Made by a program: the position numbers and the translations under genes. Shown here in pieces: positions 32,100 through 47,860 of a stretch of 64,000 nucleotides of DNA. The notes under the pieces were generated by a model. It did not search any database. It was given only the letters and a program-made list of their open reading frames with translations, and was not told the origin of the DNA. Position 1 is the first letter of the stretch. Each line of letters starts with the position of its first letter. The stretch is from the human T2T-CHM13v2.0 reference genome, Homo sapiens, in assembly GCF_009914755.1 (NCBI RefSeq), contig NC_060934.1. One strand, given 5' to 3'.

Positions 32100-32350
32100 G
32101 AAGTGTCTTGGGGTACAGAAAAGCAAATGTGCTCAGGAGTCCAAGACCTGGGTTCAAGTCCTGGCCCCAGCTCTTCCTAGTAAAGTGCTTGGACAAATTG
32201 CTCCTTCTCAGAGAGTGCCAGCTCTCCCCCTCTGAAGAGCGGGGATGATGTTATCTACTTCCTAGGTCTGATGTGAAGAGTGATGAAATCAACGGGGCAG
32301 TGTGGGTGTTGAGGAATTGGCAAAATGCTGTGCAGAAGGGAGGCATTGTC
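32100..32350 (+). mobile_element. MIR SINE
   Basis: GGAGTCCAAGACCTGGGTTCAAGTCCTGGC...TGTGAAGA core. Confidence 0.65.
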
Positions 32351-32411
32351 ACTCTCCTATAATTGGGTCCTATGTCAAGAGTCATAGGAAGATCTTTGTG
32401 GAAAATTATAA

Positions 32412-32817
<406 letters not shown>

Positions 32818-33118
32818 TAGTGAAGTTGGACTGGTTGAGGACAGAAAGTGCTTATCGTATGGCTATAGGAAGTGGCCTTGGAGACTGCACCCACAGGAGG
32901 GGCAGGGGCAGGGGTAGGGGCAGGGGTGAAGTCACTCAGCTTCTCTGTGTGGCCTGGCCAGCCTCGGGCAACTTGTCAGCTCCATCCAGCCTCCACTGAG
33001 TGACACTTACTTTGTGCCGGGCACTGTGCTGGGCACAGAGAGGTAAGCCTAACCCTGGCCTCGGCAGGGTCTCAATGAGGGAGAGACACAGAAGCAGGTA
33101 CCCCACACCTGGTACTAA

Positions 33119-33425
33119 GTACTTAGTCTGTTTTGTGCTGCCATAACAGAATGCCAGAGACTGGATCATTTATCCAGGGTTTTATTTACTCACGGTTCTG
33201 GAGGCTGAAAGTCCATCATCAAGGTACCAGCATCTAGTGAGGAGAGGAGAGATGCTGTGTCCTCACAGCGGAAGGCTGTGTGAAGCCTGTTTTATAGGAG
33301 CCTCCATCCTATAGATGAAGGGAGGAGCTCTCAATGACCTAATCAACTCTTAAAGGCCCCACCTCTTAATACGACCACATTGGCAGCACCTGAGGTTTGG
33401 AGGGGGCACATTCAAACCACGGTAG
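33119..33425 (-). mobile_element. MaLR LTR (MSTC/MSTD/MLT1A-like)
   Basis: TTAGTCTGTTTTGTGCTGCCATAACAGAAT...GGCCCCACCTCTTAATAC...CACATTCAAACCA. Confidence 0.8.
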
Positions 33426-33751
33426 GTTGGAAAGGAGCCAGCATACCTCTCTTCGTCGTATTTGCTAACATCTGTCCCATTGTCCATATCAGTGCCCTAC
33501 AGGCTGTTAAAAATGTTGAATATCACACTGCACACAGGTAATGGCACCAGCACACCATGCATTCCAGTAGTGGTAGGTCCTCAGTGGCATGGCGCAGGCA
33601 CGCTAGGCACAGGGACCAAAATGTGTACATAGGATGGGGTGGGGCAGCCTCCTGAGGACAGCACAGCATAGCGAGGGATGAAAATATATATATCAATGAC
33701 CGTCAGCCAGTGAGAAACATGGGAAGGGTCATAATAAAAATGTAAATTACT

Positions 33752-34098
<347 letters not shown>

Positions 34099-34712
34099 TC
34101 ATATGTCCATCTGGCAAACATGAAGTGAGTATCTACTATGTGTTGGGCACCATGTCTAATGTTGACTCCAAAGAAACAAGACTCCATTCCCATCCCTGAG
34201 GCTCAATGGAGACAGTTGTTTGTGCGATCTTGATGAAATTTGACATCGCCTTCAAAGAGGAAACTGTGCCTGCTGGTAAGTGTGTTAAGTGGGGATCAAG
34301 GAAGGCTTTGGGGTGTCAGTCTCTTTGAGAAGGGCCTCGAAAGGTGAAGATGGGCAGGATCCAGGTGGTGGAAGATGGTGAGGGAGGAACGGCAGGTCAG
34401 GCCGGGAGGAGGGTGTGTGTGAACAAAGCCAGGAAGGTGGGACCCCATAGAGAAGTTTGGGATTGGAGGGGAGTTGGGCTTGCCTGGAGAGCAGGGTCTT
34501 AGGTTCCCCATGGAGGAAGAGTGGGAATAATAGCTGACCCCCAAGTAGAGCTTGCCACGTGCCCAACCTTTTGTATCTACTACTACGCTTAACCCACACT
34601 CCAGCCCTATGAGGAGGAGCCATTTACCCCTCCTTTGCCTTCACAGTGAGGACACTCAGGCACACCTACCCAAGGTCCAACAGCTGGTGCCATCCCAGTG
34701 GCTCTGGGGTGG

Positions 34713-35061
34713 TCATATGGTTTGGCTCTGTGTCCCCATCCAAATCTCACCTTAAATTGTAATAATCCCCATGTGTTGTAGGAGGGGCGAGTGGGAGATA
34801 AATGAATCATGGAGGTGGTTTCCCCCATACTGTTCTCATGTAGTCTCATGAGATCTGATGGTTTTCTAAGGGGTTTCCCCTTTTGCTTGGTCTCTCATTC
34901 TCTCTTTCCTGATGCCATGTAAGACGTGCCTTTCACCTTCTGCCATGATTGTGAGGCCTCCCCAGCCACGTGGAGCTGTGAGTTCATTAAACCTCTTTTT
35001 CTTTATAAATTATGCAGTCTCAGTTATGTCTTGATCAGCAGCATGAAAGTGGACTAATACA
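34713..35061 (+). mobile_element. THE1B-like solo LTR, complete
   Basis: T(C)ATATGGTTTGGCT...ATTAAACCTCTTTTTCTTTATAAATT...GGACTAATACA. Confidence 0.9.
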
Positions 35062-36381
35062 GATGCAAACCCAGGTTTGTCTGGGCCTGCTTGCTCCTCT
35101 CAACCAGTCCGGGACAGCCCCAGGTGTAGGCCCTCAACAGGTGCTTTCCAAGGCTCCTTCACTGATGGCCACCATAGAAACAGTCGTTTGTCATCTCCCT
35201 TGGGATGCACTTGGCTTTGGGTCCCTCTGAGCTCTTGGACCACCCCTAGACACAGCTGAGCATTTCTTCCCTGCAGAGCGAGCAGGCCAACCCTAGAATG
35301 CAAAGCTCAGCCCCTCTCTGTGCCATGTCTCCTCTCTCAGCCCCTCACTCCCCGCTCTGAGAGAACACACCACTCTTCAAAAGAATTCTTTCTCCTTGTT
35401 ACCTTCACTCCAAGGTTATCTGCTCAAGTATGTACCGAGTAAATGAAGTTGTTTGGCTTATGGATACAAATAGATACTGCTTTTTTGACTTGCAAAATGA
35501 ATTCCACCGTGACTGGCTCAAACTTAAGTATGCTAATGCTCAATGAACCAGTTGTCTATTTATTTCTGTTTATGCCTGCAGACCCATTAGCAACTTTTTC
35601 TTGTTTTCTTTTAGAATATTAAACGGTTCCAACATATTCTAAAAATTAGTTGATTAGCTTGTTAGGGCACATTTTAACTGCTAGCTCCGCTGAACCAAAG
35701 GAGAAAATGAAGGTAATTTTGTTTGCAAGGAATGTATGATTTGGAGCTGACTGTTGAAAGATGTGCCACGTCAACGTAATGAGGGAGCGTAATATCTTAG
35801 TTTGCATCAATATGGAAATAACTGTGCGCTTTGACAGACCTGATGCTGAAGGCATCACCAGCCTGCTCATTATGCATTCCAGCTCTGATTATGAAAAATA
35901 GTGTGTTTTCCTTTAAAGAGGAATCTGCATTATCAATCAAACCACACCAATTATTTCAGAAAGGGATCACAGTGAAGTAGACATGGGGGCTTTTCAACTA
36001 GAACAGCACCGGATAAGCAGGCAGATCTTAGGGGGTGTGATATTTTTATTTCGTGACAGTTGTTAGTTTAATTAGGAACACTAATGAAGTATTTTGTGCA
36101 GTGGCACCCAGACAACCTGCTTTCCCTGCTATCATCTGGATCTTTATTATTTTGTTTTAATGAGCCCTGCCTTCAATAATATCAATGCACTTCTAATGAT
36201 ACCTCTCATGCAGGCTGATGATTCCAGTGTTCTTCTCACAGGGTTGTCATGTCAGGGAAACATGGAAAGGAAGGGAGGTGAAAAGAGACAATAGGAAAAC
36301 CGTAGGCTGTGACGGGAAAAAATGAAACAGGTATGAAAACAAAACGATGCTCATTGCAACATAAAGTGTTTCTTTTCATTT

Positions 36382-36403
36382 TGTGTGTGTGTGTGTGTGT
36401 GTG
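36382..36403. repeat. (TG)11 microsatellite
   Basis: Direct reading. Confidence 0.95.
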
Positions 36404-37709
36404 TCGGCGGGGGTGAGTGGGTGTGCAGTCTGTCTGCGTGTGGCATGTTGGATTGAAGGTTACACACTTATTATTTTTATTCTGACCTTGCAGATGAGTG
36501 AGAAGAAAAGTCCAAGAGCCAGGATGACGGCGCAGTGATGGCTCACTTTGCGTTGCTGTTCCGTCCACTGTTCCACTGACTGTGAACTCTGTCAGAGGTG
36601 ACAGGTCTTGTTTATCTTTAGAGGCATCCCGGTGGGTTACCCTCAGGACCTGATGCACAGTTGGCATCAGAAACTGTTTGCTGAATGACTGAAAGAGCGT
36701 TCTCCTCTTAGTTTGAAACCTATAGCTAGATGTACTTGGGGAGCATACAAAGACATGCGTTTTCTTGAACAAAACACAATAAAAAACTAATAAGAGGTAC
36801 GGGGGACATTGAATAAGTATGCAGGAATTGGACTGGCCTGGACACACTCACCTGGTGGCCTCAGCCACGTTGCATCATTTTTCCAAACCTCCATTTCCTG
36901 TAGAATGAGCGGAGGTGTGAATTAGTGACAACATACCTAAGGTATCTGGTGCGTGGATGGCATTCCTTCCTGGCAGGTCATCGCTCAGTAAATATTTGTT
37001 GAATGAATGAATTGGGGAAAGAATGGAGAGAAGATCTTGGTCATCTTCCTCTTAAATTCCCATAACTGTTAGGGTCGTGTTGTTGCAGGAACTGCTGGGT
37101 GGTCTTGGTGGCAGGGGTGGGGAGGGGATACATCCCCCAAAACACTCCAAGATGGATCCCAGAGAAAGCTCAGTCCGAGCACCCTCTCTGCATCCAAACC
37201 CTAGTGCCTCCCGCTCCTGGGTCTTCCCTGCCTGTTGCTCCCCTTTATAGCCACACTGAGCCCCATCCTGGCATTGGGTGGGCTTCTAGCTGTGGGCCAG
37301 GTGGCAGTGCCTCCTCAAACACAGCCTTGCTTCTACCCTGAGTAGGTCATGGTGGAGTTGGGATTCCCTACTCCCAGGGTGCAGCTGCTGGGACGCAGGC
37401 TGGGGCAGCACTGGAAGCTCTAGGGGATGAACCAGGGGTCTGGATCCCAGACACCCTGGGGAAAAAGGCAGGGGCTTGTTTGGGGAGAGCTGGTGCTGGG
37501 AGCTTGAAACCTGATGGCCTTACACAAGGCCTTCTGCAGGCCCCTGGGCCATTGCCCAATTTCCTATACTTGTTCATGCTTTCACAAATGCATTTGTTCA
37601 TACAATCTGCACAGAATGCAGCAAGTAAGGCTTGAGTTCTGCCCTCCAGGGACTTGCAGTCTAGCAGGAGGAATAAGACAAACTCTATAATCTAAGTTAG
37701 AAATGATGG

Positions 37710-38007
37710 GGCCGGGTGTGGTGGCTCATACCTGTGATCCCAGCACTTTTGGGAGGCTGAGGTGGGCAGATCACCTGAGGTCAGGAGTTTGAGACCACTG
37801 TGGCCAACATGGTGAAACCCCGTCTTTACTAAAAATACAAAAATTAGCTGGGCGTGGTGGCGGGTGCCTGTAATCCCAGCTACTCGGGAGGCTGAGGCAG
37901 GAGAATCGCTTGAACCTAGGAGGCAGAGGTTGCAGTGAGCTGAGATAGTGCACCACTGCACTCCAGCCTGGGTGACAAGAGCAAAACTTTGTCTAGAAAA
38001 GAAATAA
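37710..38007 (+). mobile_element. AluS
   Basis: Dimeric Alu; TSD AAGTTAGAAATGAT. Confidence 0.95.
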
Positions 38008-39025
38008 AAGTTAGAAATGATCAGTGCACTACACAGCACTGCTCCAGTGCCACATGGGTTCTGAACATGGAGGGATCACAGGCAGCTGGGGGAAATCTGA
38101 GAGGGCTTCTTGGAAGAAGTGGCATTTTATTTATTTGGCAACAGCATTTCCCGAGCACACCTCTTGCAGCTCCCTACTTCCTGCAAGCCTGGGGCTACCA
38201 GGTCTCTGCTCTTATGGAGCTTGTGAAATAGCAGAGGTGACGTGCAGAGGCAGACAATGAGCGAGCCAACAAGTACCTGGAAGGGACACTGTGCGGAGAG
38301 CAGTAAGTGCAGGGAAGGAAAGTGTCCTGGGCTTTGACAAATGTGTAGAGCCCGGTCCCTGGAGAAGAGGAGCCCGGGGCACCCCCGGCAGAGTGTAATG
38401 AGGGAACAGGCAGGGAGGGGTGCAGGGGAGGGAAAGAGAGAGAATCCAGGGAGGGTGAGTACGGTTGGAGTGAGCTTGGATGCCAGGCTAAGGAATCACC
38501 TGGCGAGCAGCAGGGAACCAGAGCAGGCTACGGAGCAGGGGAGGGAGTGGCACGATGAGAACCAGCTGTGCCTTAGGAAGCACAGCTGAGCAGCAGTTGT
38601 AGGGTGAGGCTGGAGGTGGAGAGACACCCCAGGTGGGTCCTGTGAGGAGGGGGTGACCACTGGGAGTGTGTGGAGTCATCTGAATGCGGAGGGCAGGGGT
38701 CTTCCAGAGGGGTAAGGACCAGGCAAATGATGCAGTGTCCGGGAGGTGAGAAGGGGGTCAGGGTACAGATGCAGAAACAGAGTGGGGAGATGCAGACAGC
38801 TAAGGATGGAGCATTTCAGCAACAGGACTGTGGCCGCCCTTCGGCAGCATCTTTCCCATTCTGATCTTACCCGGGCTCAGGTACCCCAGGATGGACAGGC
38901 CAGGAATGGGAGGCAGACACTTCTCAATGGGCCGCTGTGGGAGCCAGGCCCTGAGGCATGGTTTCCCAGCACCCGCCCCCTCTGTGGCCACATCTGCACT
39001 ATGCCTGGAATGAGTGGGTTTTTGG

Positions 39026-39542
<517 letters not shown>

Positions 39543-40625
39543 TGTAACTCTACTCTTTGGTACAACCTATATGCCAGCCATGTCCCAAGAAATAGTATTT
39601 CTGTCCATGTGTGCATGTGTGTGTGTATAGGAGAGAGAACTAATTTTACTAGCTTTTGGAATAGATACAACAAAAAAATCAGAATGAGTCAGCTTTGAAG
39701 CTGTCTTGTCAAATGGACACTGAGCTGCTTTCCTCATGTTAAGCCCGATTGGCTTGGGGGACCCCATGCCTTGGACGGTGCATCTGCTTAGAGGATGGTG
39801 ACTGCGGATCCCTCGTTGACACCTCCTTCTTTCCATGGGCAGTGGCAGCCCCGCCTCAGGGTGGAGTCTGACAATGTCTCAGGATACTGCCGAGTTCTAG
39901 TTTCTAACCAGCAAGAGCCCCGAATGGGGGTGGACGTCTGGCTTCCCCACGCCCGCCCTGGAAATATGAAGTGCTGGCGATGGTGTAGGAGCTCAGGCGA
40001 GGTCTCCTGTGTCACGCTGTAATTTGTACGGAAGGGAAGCAGGATCCCATTGGGCTGTCAGCTGAGTGTCAAGACACCTGGCAGAGCTGGCCCTGGGGGG
40101 ACATTGACATGTCCTTGGCTCCTGCCTGGGTTCATCCTTCCACTGAGACGCTGCGGGCAAAACTGCTTCTTGAGGCTTCCAGGCAAGCCTCCCTGGCCTG
40201 CTGCCACTACCGAGAAGAATAAAAAGGTGGACTTCACAATGGATCCCTTTGGTCTGGGGTGCTGTGTGGAGTGTGAAGCCCCTGGCAGTGGGTGCTGACG
40301 GTGGGCATCTCCTGGCCCTTGAGGACTCCGCACCGAAGTTCTGGGGAGGTGGGCGATAGCTTCATGGGCACCGCTCCCTCGAGGCCTTCCTGCTGAAGAA
40401 ATAAGGCACATCGAGCCCTGCTCTAGAAAGCACCATACTGCTGTCAGATAACCAAATCGACCTTCCCCTCCTACCCTGAACTCTGCCGCCATCTCGCTCC
40501 AAAACTTGCCAGGAGTCAGTTGTGGGGAGCACAAGGGTGGGATCGGAGCGGACCAGCAAGTGCTGAGTTTTTACTGGGAACCCCACTAAGCCGAGATGTA
40601 AATTCCTCAATGTAGCGGGGAGATT

Positions 40626-42295
<1,670 letters not shown>

Positions 42296-42328
42296 GGGTG
42301 GGGGGGATTTCTTTTAAAAGAAAGGTGG

Positions 42329-42906
42329 GGCTGGGCATGGTAGCTCATGCCTGTAATCCTAGCACTTTGGGAGGCCAAGGTGGAAGGGTTGCTTGAAGCC
42401 AGGGGTTTGAGACCAGACTATGCACACAGCAAGACCTTGTCTCTGTAAAAAATTTAAAAAATTATAATAGCTGGTCATGATGACATGTGCCTGTAGTCCC
42501 AGCTACTAGGAAGGCTGAAGCAGGAAGATCACTTGAACCCAGGAGTTGGTGGCTGCAGTGAACTATGATCATGGCACTGCACTCCAGCCTGGGTGACAGA
42601 GAGCAAGACCCTTTCTTTAAAAAGAGGGAGAGAGGCTGGGCACAGTGGCTCACACCTGTAATCCCAGCACTTTGGGAGGCTGAGGCCGGCAGATCACCTG
42701 AGGTCAGGAGTTTGAGACCAACCTGGCCAACATGGCGAAAGCTCGTCTCTACTAAAAGTACAAAAATTAGCCGGGTATTGTGGTGTATGCCTGTAATCCC
42801 AGTTACTCGGGAGGCTGAGGCGGGAGAATCACTTGAGGTGGAGGTTGCCATGAGCCCAGATAGTGCCATTGCACTCCAGCCTGGGTGACAGAGTGAGACT
42901 GTGTCT

Positions 42907-42938
<32 letters not shown>

Positions 42939-42944
42939 TAAAAA
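42329..42944 (+). mobile_element. AluJ followed by AluS in its tail
   Basis: Alus at 42329-~42623 and 42634-~42944; outer TSD AGAAAGGTGGG. Confidence 0.9.
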
Positions 42945-43079
42945 GAGAAGAGAGAGAGAAAGGTGGGTTGGCATGGTGATTTCCTTCCTCAAAATTCAAA
43001 AGAGCAACATGCTCAGGCTGGCTCTGGATGAGCCAGGGATGATCTTAGTCCAGGGAGTGAGGTGGGGCAGGAAGAAGGT

Positions 43080-43370
43080 AGATTTTCAGAGCCAGCCAGA
43101 CCTGGGTGTGAGTCCCCTGATTCTACGTCATGACTTGACAACTTTGGGGCAAGTGCTTGACCTCTGTGGGTCTCAGTTTCCACATCTCTAACGGTAATAG
43201 CACATTGAGGTAGGCATATAGCTCATTGCAGCCACTCAATTAATGCAGAGCACCTGCTCTGTGCAAGTGCTGCTTTAAGTGCTTTGCATGTATTAACTCA
43301 TCTAATTCTCACAATAATCCTATGGCTGTGATTATACCCATTTTGCAGATGAGGAAACTAGAGGAGAGGT
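43080..43370. mobile_element. Two MIR fragments in opposite orientation
   Basis: GGGCAAGTG...CTCAGTTTCC on +, and CCCATTTTGCAGATGAGGAAACT (antisense core). Confidence 0.75.
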
Positions 43371-43716
43371 GTTAATTGTCTTTCCCCTTGTGAATTACGA
43401 TCTGGTAGCAGGCACTGATACATATACTAATCCCTGCGGATGGGCAGGGGACGGCGGCGGGGGGATGGTCAGTGGCATCAAAAGGCTATGAAAGGCACTG
43501 GGAGAAAGAGAGGTGGGATTCACTTAGATTAGGGATGGGTAGGAAGGCTTCTTGGTGCTGGTGGGTCTTCACAGGGCCTTGAAGTTCCAAAAGAATGTTA
43601 CTGGGTGGAGAGCTGAAGAGGGTGTTTCAGACAGAGCATAAGCAACGGCTGGCGGCAGGAGGACGAGGGCGTGTGGAAGGAGTGGCCATCCTGCTGAGCT
43701 GCAGCTGGGTACGGGC

Positions 43717-43854
43717 TGTGTATACGTGTTTGTGTGTGTGTGTTTGTGTGTGCATGTATATATGTTTTTGTGTGTGTATGAGTATCTGTGTGTGCGTATG
43801 TATATATGTATGTATGTGCAAATGTTTGTGTATGCATGTGTGTTTATACGTGCA

Positions 43855-43885
<31 letters not shown>

Positions 43886-43896
43886 TGTTGTTGTTG
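43717..43896. repeat. (TG)n/(TATG)n compound microsatellite
   Basis: Direct reading. Confidence 0.95.
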
Positions 43897-45315
43897 TGGG
43901 GGATGGAAGAGGTTGAAAGCGGAGCCAAGTCCTTTGAGTTTTATTCTGTGGAAAGTGGTATATCTCCCGGGTGCAGGCTCTGAACCTAACCTGCTTTTTA
44001 ACTCTCCATTATTGGATCTGTCCATCTTGTTAATAAGACGTTTTAATGCCAGTGAACGTGTGCCCTTTCTGATCATGATGGACCGCTGAACTTGACATTT
44101 AATGGAAAACAGAGCCCAGGCCTGAGAGACGGTGAGTGAGACGGGCACATGTTCTCACAGAGGCTGTCCTGTGGCTGTGTGGACAGGGCTGGCCTGTTTC
44201 AGGGACGGTGTCAGGGCTCGGCTGAGCCTGTCGGTGGAGACAGCCCCATTGCTGCACACCAGCACGGGACTGTGCTGAGGAGATTCTGGCATCTCCCATA
44301 GTTTGCTGACATGTCACCCCTGCTGGGAAGTTTAAGGGACGTGTGTAGAAGTGGCTGTAACAGAAGATGAAACATGCCTCGTGTCCTGAAGGGTGCCTGT
44401 GAAGTGCTGTGGGGGAGGATGTCCTGTCCCTCTGGGGTCTGAGGGAAAGGCCCTATGGAGCAGGTGGCCCCAGAGCTGCCTCTTAGGGTGGGGCAACCAT
44501 TCTAGAAGATGGAAGCAGCTTGAGCAAGATTCATTGGCCAAATGGGGTGGCCGTCAGCCAGTGGAGCACATAGACCCCATGAGACAAGTGTCCAAAGGGG
44601 AGAAGGGAGAGGGTTGGTAAAGGGGGAGAGCTGGGAGGCTCCTGGGGAAGGGGGCTTGTCTAGGGGAGGGGAATGCAGGTGTGATCCAGGAGAGAAGGCT
44701 TCTTATCACAGCCACCCTGAGGTCAGGATTTCTCAGCGGCCTCTGAGGACCCTGGGAAAAGGGAGGAGCAAGCGGGTGGGCCAGGGGGCTCAGGCTGCAA
44801 GCAACAGAAACTCATTGCCGACCTAAGCACAAGGGGAGTGATTGGAAAAGCATCTGGGCGCAGTGGGAAGCCTGGAGACCTGGCTTGGCAATAGGCGGAA
44901 ATCATGGAAGCTGGTTGAGGGGAAGGGAGCGCACTGCGATGGAAGCAGACCTGTGGGAGTAGCCTCTTGGCAGGAATGCTGGGATCTCCATCCATTCCTG
45001 GATGCCTGGCTCCCAGCTCAAGCTCTGCACTCAGCGAGGGCTCAGCCTAAGAGCCCTTGGCTTGGTGAAGGCAGGGTCCTGCCTACAATCCCACAGGTAA
45101 AGTAATTTCCCTCAGGGAGACTGGAATGCTCTTTGGAAGGCAAATGGGAGCTGGTTGGCCTTAAAGCACCAGAGTTCATTATACACCTACCTGGATGGAG
45201 AGCCTGAGGCCCACACCCAAAAAACTGGGCTGGCAGGTGAGGCAATCTCAGTTATTTTGGGAGTTCTGCCCCCTTCCTAGATTCCCCAAGGGAGATTTCT
45301 GTTTTTAAAACGTGG

Positions 45316-45731
45316 CTTTCTGTTTTTAAAACAGTCCTAATTACCCAAGAAAACTTTACAGTGAATGTGTTATCTGTCCCAGTCAGTGTCAGGATGATGG
45401 ACACATGGATGCTGGACTTTCTGCTTCCCCATCTGACACCTGTTGCCTGTCAGGCTTCCTTTGTTCTGGTGCATCATAATCCACACTTCTTTCATTGATC
45501 TCAATTCTACACGTGGCACGCAAAGGCCTTTCTTTGCTGCAGATCTACAGAACTCCGAGTAAACAGCCAAAACATTATTCAGTTAATTTGATTGACACAG
45601 ACATCTACTGTGAGCCACTAACACCAGAAGCAGGGTGTGGCACAGATCTTCAGAGCTGGATCTTAAGTGTCTTACAGAATGACCCCCTGAGCTCAGCAGA
45701 TTTCCCAGAACATGGCCAAGTGTTTACTCCT
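45316..45731 (+). repeat. Inverted repeat arm A (pairs with 55150-55565)
   Basis: Manual alignment: 416 bp, 12 substitutions, no indels (~97%). Confidence 0.97.
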
Positions 45732-45760
45732 GTGTAGATTGAATTTCTGCAAGGGAGATT

Positions 45761-46027
45761 CACTCTGGGTATGGAGATAGAAACGAGATCCAGGGTTAGA
45801 GTCTGCAGGGAAATACTTCAACCTGCATTGAGTCTGTGATTTTGGCAATATCTGATGTGGTGAGAAGAGTCATAGATGACCATTCTATGGCCTTAATTTC
45901 ATTGTCAAGGGGGTGAGCATCTCTAAATGTGCCTTTTTTTCTCTTCTAAATGAATTCTTCACTTACGGTCATATGTGATAAGTGACAAAATAATACACCA
46001 ATGTTTTATGCAGAAAGTTCCTTTTTT
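45761..46027 (+). repeat. Direct repeat C (pairs with 50835-51102)
   Basis: Manual alignment: ~267 bp, 19 substitutions and one 1-bp indel (~92-93%). Confidence 0.96.
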
Positions 46028-47473
46028 GTTTTTTGTTTTGGTAACATTCCAGTTACCAAGAATATGACCAGCAGGGACAGGTTTTCCTCCACCTTTAAGG
46101 GTGACCCTCAGAGTCCACATGCCCCCACTGGCTGTTGGTTTAGGGCTCTGGGCGGGGCTGCCAGGCACCCCCTACACTACAGGAAGCTTACATCCTAGTA
46201 GCACCAGGCCCATAATGCTCAGGAGGGAACTGTTCCCAAGCCCTCTGAGGCAGCAGCAGAGACAGGACAAAGTTTCAGCGGGTTTTAACAAGAATCTCCC
46301 AGCATCAGCCACGATTCCACCAGGAATACATGTGCTTCATGAGAACTGCAATAAAAGCTGGGAAAATATGACAAGTTATGATAGACAGAGCCATACAAAA
46401 ATGACAAGCCATGTGACAAGATGGTATTTTGGGGTTGGGGAGAGAGTTAGAAATAATTACAGCGTTCCTACCCCTCTCGCCGCGCCACTGGGGGCTTGTG
46501 TGTGTAGATCGAAGGGAAGGGGGAATCGTTTGACTCTAATTTCAAGCCTTGTTCCTGTAATGGTTCCTTGTGGAATGCTGTTAAATAATGATAATTATTA
46601 CAGAGCCCTGTGCTTTGAGCCACTCTTGTCAACTGCAGCTGCGTCCTGCAGGGTTTGCTACTTCCCTCCGAGACTGGTTTGTGAGGCTGATCTAAGATGT
46701 TTGCAGATTATTTCTTCTTAAATTTTCTAAGGATCATTTGAGTAGGAGTCACGAGATGAACACAGATATCTTGAGTTTGGCTTTGTAGGTCCAACATTTC
46801 ATAGTTATGGAAAGGTAGGTGCGCATAGATTAATACACAACCCAGCCCCCAGTGGTGTGACCTGTGAAAATGTTATTCACTCCTTCAACCCATCAACTTC
46901 ACTCCATTCAAATGCTTATGATTTTACCATGAGTTAAACTCTGCTCTGTGCCAGGATGGAGTGGCGAATCGGACATACGTTCCCCCTCTGGAAGTTCATG
47001 TAAAAGAAAATCACTGAGTGTAATACTGTGGAAGGCATGATAATAAAGACACGCACACTGGGCTTAGGCACAGGAGGGTGGATTGCCACGTCAACCTGGA
47101 GTGACAGGGATTTGTTTAAAGGCAGAGGACGCAGGAGCTGGGACCTGAAGGCTATGTAGGAGTTAGACATGAAGTCTGTTCCAGGCAAGAGGGTTTTATG
47201 AGTCACAACGTGGAGGCACATAAGCAAATTGCATGTTTAGGGAGGGATTAGAGGGACAAGATGGCTGAAAGAAGGCAAGACCCTATTTTTAATTCTAAAA
47301 CAATTGTTTTTCTGATTATAGCAATAATGTTTAAAGACAATTAGGGTAAAAATCTTGGTTGGCCTATATTTTCTCTTCATGCCTCTCCTCTCCCCTACCT
47401 CCTTCTTTGGATGTACTTCTTTCTATTTGTTTCTCTCTCCTTTCCTCTTTCTCCAGAAGCAGGATGAAGTTGA

Positions 47474-47860
<387 letters not shown>

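Noticed and set aside
43569-44148. His/Thr-rich or Val/Cys-rich ORFs
   Set aside because: Translations of the (TG)n microsatellite.
46478-46500. CTCF-like motif GCGCCACTGGGGGC (also near 38975 and 30808)
   Set aside because: Spacing is off by 1-2 nt from the CCASYAGRKGGC core; unsupported without a PWM scan or ChIP data.
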